From positions 62,001 to 126,000 of the IMG/VR virus record IMGVR_UViG_3300017917_001123: 64,000 nucleotides of DNA; one strand, 5' to 3'. Each line of letters opens with the position of its first letter. Position 1 is the stretch's first letter. Positions 15,385 to 23,763 of this stretch are shown here, in pieces. The notes beneath the pieces were generated by a model that did no database searches, was not told the DNA's origin, and saw only the letters and a list, made by a program, of their open reading frames with translations. Position numbers and translations under genes: made by a program.

Positions 15385-16234
15385 AATCAAAGTCGCAGAG
15401 CTGTTTTACAGCATACAAGGAGAAGGACGCTTTATGGGCGTTCCTTCTGTCTTCTTACGTACATTTGGTTGTAATTTTACATGTGCCGGATTTGGCATGC
15501 CAAGAGGAGAACGAAGTGTTGAAGCAGAAAATATTGACGCATCTAAGTACACCGAGTACAAATCGCTTCCTTTGGTATCTACAGGTTGTGATAGTTACGC
15601 TTCTTGGGATCCTCGCTTTAAGCATCTATCTCCCCTTCTGGATACTACTGCGATTGCCGATGCTATTGTGGATACGTTACCTTACAAGGAATGGCGGGAC
15701 GAACATCTCGTAATTACAGGTGGCGAGCCTTTGCTAGGTTGGCAACGTGCTTATCCAGACTTGCTTAATCATCCTAAGATGACTAGCTTAAAAGAGCTAA
15801 CTTTTGAAACAAACGGTACAATGCGTTTGACAAAAGATTTTAGACATTTCTTGCTAGACTGGACACTAAGCCCAGTTCATGGTCGAAGAGGTTACAATGC
15901 CCTTACATTTAGTGTAAGCGCAAAACTTCCTTGCTCAGGCGAACCGTGGGAAGATGCTATTAAGCCAGAAGTTGTTTGTGACTACGAACAGGTTGGTTAC
16001 ACATACCTTAAGTTTGTTATTGCTTCAGAACAAGACGCACTAGATGCCGATCGTGCCGTAGAAGAATATCGCAAGGCAGGATTCAACGGTCCTATCTATC
16101 TAATGCCAGTCGGCGGCGTTGAAAGCGTTTATGCTCTTAACAATCGTCGTGTAGCAGATCTCGCTATGAAGAAGGGCTATAGATATTCCGATAGATTACA
16201 AGTTCCGCTCTTTAAAAACGAGTGGGGAACTTAA
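15377..16234 (+). CDS. queE: 7-carboxy-7-deazaguanine synthase (radical SAM)
   Basis: ELFYSIQGEG, FLRTFGCNFTC...GCDS, VITGGEPL, FETNGT, LKFVI, YLMP, RLQ. Confidence 0.92.
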   Translation: MSKIKVAELFYSIQGEGRFMGVPSVFLRTFGCNFTCAGFGMPRGERSVEAENIDASKYTEYKSLPLVSTGCDSYASWDPRFKHLSPLLDTTAIADAIVDTLPYKEWRDEHLVITGGEPLLGWQRAYPDLLNHPKMTSLKELTFETNGTMRLTKDFRHFLLDWTLSPVHGRRGYNALTFSVSAKLPCSGEPWEDAIKPEVVCDYEQVGYTYLKFVIASEQDALDADRAVEEYRKAGFNGPIYLMPVGGVESVYALNNRRVADLAMKKGYRYSDRLQVPLFKNEWGT

Positions 16235-16515
16235 TGTCAGGGTTCGCATCAAAGCGACAGATGGGGTTAAGCAGAATGAGTGACGAAGTTCAAGGAAGTC
16301 CTCGATCACAAGATTGGGGACTACAAAAAGCCAGAGGATGGAAGTTAAAGTTTTGCTGGCGTCCTAATACTTGTTTTCTAACAGGACAGCAACTATGGGG
16401 AAAGAAAGCATACCACGGTATTCGTATGATTACTGGACCCGGCGAGCCAGTCTTTGAAAATTACTGGATTGCCAAAGATGAATTTATTTTATGGAATTTA
16501 AAAGGTCGATGCTAG
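16234..16515 (+). CDS. hypothetical protein
   Basis: TAATG coupling to queE. Confidence 0.6.
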   Translation: MSGFASKRQMGLSRMSDEVQGSPRSQDWGLQKARGWKLKFCWRPNTCFLTGQQLWGKKAYHGIRMITGPGEPVFENYWIAKDEFILWNLKGRC

Positions 16516-17132
16516 AAGCAATTAATCCGTTTCCACCGCTTGTCTTTAAAGCACACTACGACGGCTTTACAAAAGAGCATGTAGAAATTGCTAGAGAAAT
16601 TTTATCCAATGCTCCACTTGGGGGATCGTTAAGTTTAGAAGAAGGCGATGCTCGCAGTTCTGTATATAATCAAAAACTTCCTCCACACGGGCATCCTGCT
16701 TTTAAAGAATTTTTTAATTGGCAACATGAGATTGCTCAGTATGTAATGTTTGAGCAATTTAAACTAATCTCAGAAATGCCGTATTGGATCAGTAACAGCT
16801 GGGTCAACTGTCATAAGAAGGGCGGAATTACTCTGGCACACGCTCACGGCATGTGCGCTCTTAGTATTGCCGCATATATACAGATGCCAGAGAACGGCGG
16901 GTATATTGAATTTAAAGATCCGCATTTTGATTTACGCAGTATCCATACACACAACAACGATGAAAAGAGCTTGTTTGAATGGAGAGAAGTTCCAGCAGTA
17001 ACAGGCGATGTTTTATTCTTCCCCGGATGGATACAGCATCAGACACAACCAAATCAAACCGATGAAGAACGTTGGGTTTGTACAACAAACTATGTTAATG
17101 TACAGCATCGACGTATGCCGGAGCGAGTATGA
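16509..17132 (+). CDS. putative 2OG-Fe(II) oxygenase (TIGR02466-like)
   Basis: SWVN..HAH..YIQ..G.IEFKDP..GDVLFFPGWIQHQT..ER. Confidence 0.8.
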   Translation: MLEAINPFPPLVFKAHYDGFTKEHVEIAREILSNAPLGGSLSLEEGDARSSVYNQKLPPHGHPAFKEFFNWQHEIAQYVMFEQFKLISEMPYWISNSWVNCHKKGGITLAHAHGMCALSIAAYIQMPENGGYIEFKDPHFDLRSIHTHNNDEKSLFEWREVPAVTGDVLFFPGWIQHQTQPNQTDEERWVCTTNYVNVQHRRMPERV

Positions 17133-17152
17133 TTTTAGACGGAGTTTTTGAA

Positions 17153-17527
17153 ATGTTAGATATTATAAAGAAGTGGTTTAAAAAGGGCAAGGCAAAGGAA
17201 ATAGCAAAAGACTACGTTCCAACAGAAACGCTAAGTCCAAAAGATGCGGCAACAGCCAAAAAAGAGCCCTATGTTTCTGTATTAAATACACACATAAATA
17301 CAGATAACATTAGAAATGGTTTTTTTGAACTTGACTGGAATGAGTATTTTATACTAAAATTAACTGAAGCCGGCTACAAGGGCGACACAGAAGAAGCGAT
17401 TGTAGATCAGTGGTTCAGGGACCTATGCCGTGACGTTGCTTTAGAAGAGGGCGTTAATATGGATCGTAGGGGAGCGGGTTATATAAACGTAACAGATATT
17501 GGTAATGGAAGATCAGAGGTCAGTTAA
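17153..17527 (+). CDS. hypothetical protein
   Basis: ATG 17153 with SD GGAG (alternative start 17129). Confidence 0.7.
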   Translation: MLDIIKKWFKKGKAKEIAKDYVPTETLSPKDAATAKKEPYVSVLNTHINTDNIRNGFFELDWNEYFILKLTEAGYKGDTEEAIVDQWFRDLCRDVALEEGVNMDRRGAGYINVTDIGNGRSEVS

Positions 17528-18528
17528 TGACATATATTTTGGTAGACACAGCAAACACATTTTTCCGTGCTAGACACGTTGTTCGAGGAAGTGCTGAAGA
17601 TAAGATTGGTATGTGTATTCATACCCTGCTCAGTAGTGTCCGTAAAGCATGGAAAGACTTCGATGGGAAACATGTAATCTTCGCACTCGAAGGTCGCAGT
17701 TGGCGTAAGGACTATTACAAGCCTTACAAAGCTAACAGGGCAGAAGCACGTGGTGCTATGACTCCATCCGAACAAGAAGAAGATAAACTGTTTTGGGAAA
17801 CGTTCGATGACTTTAAAACGTTCATCAACGACAAGACTAACTGTACAGTTTTACATCACCCGCAACTCGAAGCTGACGATTTAATTGCCGGTTTTGTTCA
17901 AGCGCATCCAAATGATAATCATGTTATCATTTCCACAGACGGCGACTTCGCACAACTTATCGCGCCTAACGTAAAACAATACAACGGCGTGACTCAAGTT
18001 ACAACTACACACGAAGGTTACTTTGACGAAAAGGGCAAGCCGGTTAAAGACAAGAAAACCGGCGAGGAAAAAGGTGCTCCGAATCCCGAATGGTTAATCT
18101 TTGAAAAGTGTATGCGTGGCGATACAAGCGATAACGTGTTCTCAGCATATCCGGGTGTTCGTACAAAAGGTAGCAAAAACAAAGTTGGTCTACTTGAAGC
18201 ATTTGAAGATAGAAATTCCAAAGGTTGGGCGTGGAACAATCTAATGCTACAACGTTGGACTGACCACGAAGGTGTTGAACACCGTGTTCTTGAAGACTAC
18301 CAGCGCAACGTAACACTCTGCGATCTTACAGCACAACCAGATCACATTAAGGCAATTATTGCCGAAACACTTGCCGCAGAAACCGGCAAGGACAAAAACA
18401 TTCCTCAGGTTGGAATTAGACTTATGAAGTTTTGTGGTCAGTATAACTTGATCAAAATTACAGAGCAGATTCAAAGTTATGCCGATCCGCTGAATGCGAG
18501 ATACTCAAATGAAAGTTTGTCAGTTTAA
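17527..18528 (+). CDS. rnh: T4-type RNase H / 5'-3' flap exonuclease
   Basis: ILVDTAN, SWRK.YY.PYKANR, EADDLI, STDGDFAQL, RGDTSDNV. Confidence 0.92.
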   Translation: MTYILVDTANTFFRARHVVRGSAEDKIGMCIHTLLSSVRKAWKDFDGKHVIFALEGRSWRKDYYKPYKANRAEARGAMTPSEQEEDKLFWETFDDFKTFINDKTNCTVLHHPQLEADDLIAGFVQAHPNDNHVIISTDGDFAQLIAPNVKQYNGVTQVTTTHEGYFDEKGKPVKDKKTGEEKGAPNPEWLIFEKCMRGDTSDNVFSAYPGVRTKGSKNKVGLLEAFEDRNSKGWAWNNLMLQRWTDHEGVEHRVLEDYQRNVTLCDLTAQPDHIKAIIAETLAAETGKDKNIPQVGIRLMKFCGQYNLIKITEQIQSYADPLNARYSNESLSV

Positions 18529-18574
18529 GGACACTTGTCCAAGTTATAACAAATATTGTGCTAAGGAGGTACAA

Positions 18575-19066
18575 ATGATTGAGGTACAAACTAAACCCTT
18601 GATTGAGGGCAAATTCTGGCTTATCGAAGCAGAAGGAGAAAAGTTAGGTACGCTTACAAAGGAAAAGAAGGGCTATAGTTTTATGCGAAAAGGCCAGAAG
18701 GTCGATATCGCAGATTTAGCCGTTTTCCAAACTTTGTTTGGCATCAGTATTACTGAAGACCAACTTAAGAAAGAAAAGCAAAGTGCGAAAATCGCACAAT
18801 CCAAAGACTACAGCATCTACGAGTTTCCCTGCTCTAGCAAGCCGTTCAACCCGGTGTACGATGTTCGTCAACGTCTTCCAATTTACTCAAAGAGCGATAA
18901 AAGTAAGAGCCAATATTGCGCCGGTTATTATGTAATCAAGTTCCGAAAAGGTTGGGTTAAGAGCTTCTGCCCTAAACTAATTACATTAGAACGCTATGAA
19001 CATCGCGGTCCTTTTAAAACCGAGCTTGAAATGAAACAAGTACTAAGTTCAATGAGTAAAGACTAA
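18575..19066 (+). CDS. hypothetical protein
   Basis: Strong SD AAGGAGG before ATG 18575. Confidence 0.75.
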   Translation: MIEVQTKPLIEGKFWLIEAEGEKLGTLTKEKKGYSFMRKGQKVDIADLAVFQTLFGISITEDQLKKEKQSAKIAQSKDYSIYEFPCSSKPFNPVYDVRQRLPIYSKSDKSKSQYCAGYYVIKFRKGWVKSFCPKLITLERYEHRGPFKTELEMKQVLSSMSKD

Positions 19067-19290
19067 TGAAGCAATTAAACACAATTCCTATCGAAAACTT
19101 CTTAGAAAAGGCCAGAATTGCTCAAAAATCAGGCGCAAAAGTAGTCAATTTAAGCGCAGACGAGGCTCAACAACTAAGCGATAGTCTAGCGGTAGTAATG
19201 ACACGTTTAAGTGGAGAATTAGATAAAATTCTAAGTCAATCTTCACAGCCGCAGGATTTACAAGTAAGTATGGACGGTGGTAATTTCTAA
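19066..19290 (+). CDS. hypothetical protein
   Basis: TAATG coupling; 74 aa. Confidence 0.7.
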   Translation: MKQLNTIPIENFLEKARIAQKSGAKVVNLSADEAQQLSDSLAVVMTRLSGELDKILSQSSQPQDLQVSMDGGNF

Positions 19291-19292
19291 AC

Positions 19293-19334
19293 TGCTATAA
19301 TAAATAAGTAGGTATATTTGGAGATGTACCTACT
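19293..19334 (+). promoter_or_regulatory. overlapping extended -10 and late promoters with an RBS-enclosing hairpin
   Basis: TGCTATAAT 19293-19301; ATAAATA 19300-06; 11-bp stem 19307-17/19324-34 with GGAG in the loop. Confidence 0.7.
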
Positions 19335-19628
19335 ATGAGCAGACCAAAGCCAAAAGTGCTTTTAGAAATTACTAATAAAAAGAATTACAAGACTGAGCAG
19401 GTTCTTGAAGCCGAGGCCATTTGGGCTGTTTTCTACAAAGGGAAGCCCGTTAATCTTAAGACTACATCCGTTGTAGCACAGCAACTGGGCCCGAAATATA
19501 AGAAAGTAAGTTTTTCAAACAGTGGCCATGCCTTCAATTTAGCCGAGAAGTTAAACAAGTTATTCAACTGCCAAGACTTCGAAGTGTATAAATTAACTAC
19601 AGGCGAACCAATTAAAGAACAAGAATGA
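19335..19628 (+). CDS. hypothetical basic protein
   Basis: 97-aa ORF behind the late-promoter hairpin. Confidence 0.75.
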   Translation: MSRPKPKVLLEITNKKNYKTEQVLEAEAIWAVFYKGKPVNLKTTSVVAQQLGPKYKKVSFSNSGHAFNLAEKLNKLFNCQDFEVYKLTTGEPIKEQE

Positions 19629-20011
19629 TCTCCAAAAAGGATTTAACTGAAAAACTACACACAGAGTACTGTTTAAAATTTGACGGAATTCCGTTTGAAC
19701 AATTTTACAAAACCATCTGGTTCTCACATCGTGATAAAAAATCAGGTGGTTTTCGTTTGACTGAGCAAGGCTTTGAAGTACTCAAAGACAAACTCGAATA
19801 TAAAGCCTACGAAATTGAGTATCCAAAAGAAGACGGCTTTATGATTACAAATAGTACAATTATCCAAATTGACCGATATTTGGACGCACCCTATTTTTTA
19901 GATAGAAAGTCCATTTGGGTTTTCAAAGAGAGAACTGCTGTAGAGCTTGTATTGTTTTCTGGCGACGTTGGAAAGTTTGGACGTAGCCATAAACTGTCAC
20001 AATCGTTGTAA
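19625..20011 (+). CDS. hypothetical protein
   Basis: ATGA coupling; 128 aa. Confidence 0.7.
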   Translation: MISKKDLTEKLHTEYCLKFDGIPFEQFYKTIWFSHRDKKSGGFRLTEQGFEVLKDKLEYKAYEIEYPKEDGFMITNSTIIQIDRYLDAPYFLDRKSIWVFKERTAVELVLFSGDVGKFGRSHKLSQSL

Positions 20012-20080
20012 AAATACAACACTTTTTTGGTAAACTACTTACCAAAATTTATTGACTTCTAACAGAGTCGGCGCTATAAT
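20005..20080 (+). promoter_or_regulatory. sigma70 promoter preceded by two palindromes
   Basis: GTTGTA-AAAA-TACAAC (20005-20), TTTTGGTAA-N5-TTACCAAAA (20025-47), TTGACT(20052)-17 nt-TATAAT(20075). Confidence 0.75.
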
Positions 20081-20136
20081 AATATACATAGAGCGTTGTT
20101 ATTCAACTTTGTTTTTTTAAAGAAAGAGGTCAAAAA

Positions 20137-21225
20137 ATGGCAAAAGGCGAAAGCGTTAGCGCAAACCGCACCCAAACTCCTAATGAAGCTAAAGCGGCAA
20201 TCCGCAAATGCTTTAAAGTCAATCGCCCTGTTTTTATGTGGGGCCCCCCTGGTATTGGTAAGTCCGATATTGTTCACCAAATTGGTGCCGAACAAGAGCG
20301 TGAAGTTATTGACGTTCGTTTGAGCCTTTGGGAACCTACTGACATTAAGGGTATTCCTTTTTACAATGCCAGCACTGGTACTATGGAATGGGCACCGCCT
20401 GTTGAACTTCCTAGCGATCCAGAATCTACCGCAATTTTGTTCCTTGACGAACTTAACTCTGCGGCTCCTGCTACTCAAGCGGCGGCTTATCAGCTAATCC
20501 TTAACCGTCGTGTTGGTACTTATAAGTTGCCTAAGGGTGTTTCAATTGTTGCCGCAGGTAACCGTGAAACTGACAAGGGTGTTACTTATCGTATGCCTGC
20601 TCCGCTGGCTAACCGTTTCCTACACTTGGAACTGAAAGTTAGTTTTGATGACTGGCAGGAATGGGCAGTTAACAACAAGATTAACGAACAAGTCGTTGGT
20701 TACATTGGTTTTGCTAAACAAGACCTTTACGACTTTGATCCTAAGAGCTCGAGCCGTAGCTTTGCTACTCCCCGTTCTTGGTCTTTCGTAAGTGATTTGC
20801 TTGGCGACGATGACCTGCCTGAATCAACGCTCACTGACCTCGTAGCAGGTGCTATCGGTGACGGTTTGGCTGTTAAGTTTATGGCTCACCGTAAGGTCGC
20901 CAAGCAAATGCCTAAGCCAGAAGATATTCTGAGCGGTAAGGTTAATAAGGTTTCTATCAAAGAAATCTCAGCGATGTACTCGTTGGTTATTAGTCTGTGC
21001 TACGAACTCCAAACTGAGCACGAGAAGAAGAACAAAGAGTGGAACGCTCTTGCTGATAACTTCTTTGGCTTTATGATGGATAACTTCCCAACCGAATTGG
21101 TTGTTATGGGTTCCAAAGTTGCTCTTACTAACTACGGACTGCCATTCGATAGTTCTAAGATGAAGAACTTTGATCGATTCCATGAACAGTACGGCAAGTA
21201 CATTATTACCGCAATGGAGAACTAA
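20137..21225 (+). CDS. MoxR-like AAA+ ATPase
   Basis: Walker A GPPGIGKS, Walker B LFLDE, AAGN, PLANRF, sensor-2 TPRSW. Confidence 0.92.
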   Translation: MAKGESVSANRTQTPNEAKAAIRKCFKVNRPVFMWGPPGIGKSDIVHQIGAEQEREVIDVRLSLWEPTDIKGIPFYNASTGTMEWAPPVELPSDPESTAILFLDELNSAAPATQAAAYQLILNRRVGTYKLPKGVSIVAAGNRETDKGVTYRMPAPLANRFLHLELKVSFDDWQEWAVNNKINEQVVGYIGFAKQDLYDFDPKSSSRSFATPRSWSFVSDLLGDDDLPESTLTDLVAGAIGDGLAVKFMAHRKVAKQMPKPEDILSGKVNKVSIKEISAMYSLVISLCYELQTEHEKKNKEWNALADNFFGFMMDNFPTELVVMGSKVALTNYGLPFDSSKMKNFDRFHEQYGKYIITAMEN

Positions 21226-21229
21226 AATT

Positions 21230-21251
21230 GGGCCCTCCGGGGCCCTTTTTT
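21230..21251 (+). terminator. rho-independent terminator
   Basis: GGGCCC-TCCG-GGGCCC followed by T6. Confidence 0.85.
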
Positions 21252-21253
21252 AC

Positions 21254-21282
21254 TTGACTTATTGGTAAAACGAGTATATAAT
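21254..21282 (+). promoter_or_regulatory. sigma70 promoter
   Basis: TTGACT-17 nt-TATAAT; SD GGAG before 21314. Confidence 0.75.
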
Positions 21283-21313
21283 ATATACATACTGTTAGAA
21301 ATTGGAGTAACAA

Positions 21314-22573
21314 ATGGCCGTAATGAAACAAGAAAAAATTAAAGTAGACAAAGATCGTGTCTACACTCCCCAAGAAAAAGCTAAAGTTCTAGACAAATTG
21401 ATTACTGCCCGAGTCGGTTTGCTTTTGAAGCATCCATTCTTTGGTAACATGGCAACTCGACTAGAGCTCATTGATGCCAGTTCTTGGTGTTCTACTCTTG
21501 CTACCGATGGTCGCAAGTTTTACTATAACGTTGGCTTTGTAGACAAACTTACTCCTCGAGAAGCAGAGTTTGGTTTCGCACACGAAGTTCTACATAACGT
21601 TTTTGATCACTTGGGACGCCGTAACGGCCGCGAACCCCAACTGTCAAACATTGCCGCTGACTATGCTGTTAACCAAATCCTCAAAGACGAACGCATCGGT
21701 GATGTTCCGTCTATGATTAAGATTTTCCAAGATAACAAGTATCGAGGCAAAAGCTACGAAGAAATCTACGACGAGCTCAAAGACAAAGTCCAGTATATTG
21801 ATCTAAGTCAGCTAGGTGAACTGCTCGACGAACACCTCGACGAAGACGACGGAATGGGTGGCGGTGACGGAGACAAAGACGGCAACGGTGATGGTAACGG
21901 ACGTCCAAAACTCAGCAAAGAAGATCTTAAGAAAATTCGTGATGAGATTAAAGAAGCAATGGTTTCGGCAAGTGCCGCGGCTGGCGCTGGTCGTGTTCCT
22001 GCGGCTGTTCAGCGTCTTATCAAAGAATTTACTGAGCCCAAGATGGACTGGCGTCAACTTCTGCGTCAGCAAATTCAAAGCATTATTAAAAACAACTTTA
22101 GCTTCAGTCGTCCTAACCGTAAGAGTATGCACTCCGGCGCAATTCTTCCAGGCATGATGAACGAAGAAACTATTGATGTTTCGGTTGCGATTGATATGTC
22201 TGGTTCTATTGGCGATGACCAAGCTAAAGATTTTCTAAGCGAAGTCAAGGGCATTATGGACGAATACAAAGACTTTAAGATGGAAGTCTGGTGCTTCGAT
22301 ACCGACGTCTACAACTACGCAAAATTTACCGGTGATAATGCCGATGAAATTATGGATTACGAAGTTAAAGGCGGCGGTGGTACTGACTTTGATTGTAACT
22401 TTGAGTTCATGAAAGATCAAGGTATCAATCCTAAAAAATTCATCATGTTTACAGACGGTTATCCTTGCGGTAGCTGGGGTGATGAGGACTACTGCGATAC
22501 CCTATTTGTTATTCATGGTCACGGAGCAGAATCCATAATTCCTCCATATGGCTCATATGCTCACTATAAATAA
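21314..22573 (+). CDS. HExxH metallopeptidase + VWA domain protein (DUF2201-like)
   Basis: ATDG, AHEVLH, NIAADYAVN; MIDAS DMSGS, GGGGTDF, FTDG. Confidence 0.9.
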   Translation: MAVMKQEKIKVDKDRVYTPQEKAKVLDKLITARVGLLLKHPFFGNMATRLELIDASSWCSTLATDGRKFYYNVGFVDKLTPREAEFGFAHEVLHNVFDHLGRRNGREPQLSNIAADYAVNQILKDERIGDVPSMIKIFQDNKYRGKSYEEIYDELKDKVQYIDLSQLGELLDEHLDEDDGMGGGDGDKDGNGDGNGRPKLSKEDLKKIRDEIKEAMVSASAAAGAGRVPAAVQRLIKEFTEPKMDWRQLLRQQIQSIIKNNFSFSRPNRKSMHSGAILPGMMNEETIDVSVAIDMSGSIGDDQAKDFLSEVKGIMDEYKDFKMEVWCFDTDVYNYAKFTGDNADEIMDYEVKGGGGTDFDCNFEFMKDQGINPKKFIMFTDGYPCGSWGDEDYCDTLFVIHGHGAESIIPPYGSYAHYK

Positions 22574-22585
22574 AGTTGGTACTTT

Positions 22586-22876
22586 ATGGCACTAGCAAAA
22601 GGTACTGTAAATCCGCTAAACGTTCTGGGGCTACGTCGTTTAGAGTGGCTACCAGAACATTTTACCAAAATGTCAATAACTAACCTTGATATTGACAATA
22701 TTAACAGTTGGATTTACAGCAATTTAAACGGGCGTTATGCTATAGCAAGGGCATTAAAACTAGATGAAAACAACAAAATGGTTGAAACTCAAGATCTAGG
22801 CTTTGAAGATCCTGCTGAGCTAACTATGTTTAGTCTGGCATGCCCATACTTACACAATAATAACAGGAGAATTTAA
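22586..22876 (+). CDS. hypothetical protein
   Basis: 96-aa ORF in a tightly packed operon. Confidence 0.7.
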   Translation: MALAKGTVNPLNVLGLRRLEWLPEHFTKMSITNLDIDNINSWIYSNLNGRYAIARALKLDENNKMVETQDLGFEDPAELTMFSLACPYLHNNNRRI

Positions 22877-23155
22877 ATGGCAGAATTAGATCAAGGTCAA
22901 GTACAAGCCGGTCAAGCAGTCGGTGGCGATGCTGGTCAACAACAAGCACCAGCAACACCAGAGCTGACAATCGCTGACCTAACAAACTTACGTGCAGTTA
23001 TCGACGTAGCTTCACAGCGTGGCGCTTTCCGTGCCGCAGAGATGAGTGCTGTTGGCGCAGTATTCAATAAGTTGAATAGCTTCTTAGAAGCAGTATATCC
23101 ACAACAACTACCACCCTCTGAAGGCAAAGAAGACGGCGTTAAGCAAGAAGCTTAA
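22877..23155 (+). CDS. hypothetical protein
   Basis: SD AGGAG; 92 aa. Confidence 0.75.
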   Translation: MAELDQGQVQAGQAVGGDAGQQQAPATPELTIADLTNLRAVIDVASQRGAFRAAEMSAVGAVFNKLNSFLEAVYPQQLPPSEGKEDGVKQEA

Positions 23156-23166
23156 GGAGGCCTAAT

Positions 23167-23739
23167 ATGAAACACGTTGGTAAAATGAAAAATAACGGGG
23201 CTAGGGTAGTTATTGCCTATCGTACCCTGCCCGGGGATCCGCTAAGTGCTCTTGTCATTGGCACTGGCAATCTTGGAGCTTCTTACCACGACGCTCTTAT
23301 GAGTGTCGTCGAGAGTGACAGTGGACAGCAATCTAACGAACTTTCTGATATTTTAGCTGTTAGAAAATTCCCGGATGGCAATAACATGTTGGCTTGGTTT
23401 CATACCAACGGACATCTAAAAAAGGTCCCTACTAATCTTGTATTAGTTACACCTGATCTACAAACTTCCATCCAGTTGGACGAGCTTAATCAAATCATTG
23501 CCGAACAAAAGGGCGTCACACTTGACGAACTAGCAGGCGGTGAAGCGAAAGCTAGTGTAGATGAAGTTGCAACAGCACAAGAAGTAAAAGCAGAAACTGC
23601 TGTTTCGACAGACTCTATGACTCCGGCAGAAATGCGTTCAAGAGCAGATGCTTTATATAAAGAAGCTGCCAAACTACGCAAGGCTGCAGATGAGCTAGAT
23701 CCACCAAAGAAGAAAGCAAAGGCGGAAGCCGAAGCGTAA
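23167..23739 (+). CDS. hypothetical protein
   Basis: SD AAGGAGG; 190 aa. Confidence 0.8.
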   Translation: MKHVGKMKNNGARVVIAYRTLPGDPLSALVIGTGNLGASYHDALMSVVESDSGQQSNELSDILAVRKFPDGNNMLAWFHTNGHLKKVPTNLVLVTPDLQTSIQLDELNQIIAEQKGVTLDELAGGEAKASVDEVATAQEVKAETAVSTDSMTPAEMRSRADALYKEAAKLRKAADELDPPKKKAKAEAEA

Positions 23740-23763
23740 AAAAAGCCCCTTCCGGGGCTTTTT
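23738..23763. terminator. bidirectional terminator between convergent modules
   Basis: A-tract, GCCCC-TTCC-GGGGC, T-tract. Confidence 0.88.
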
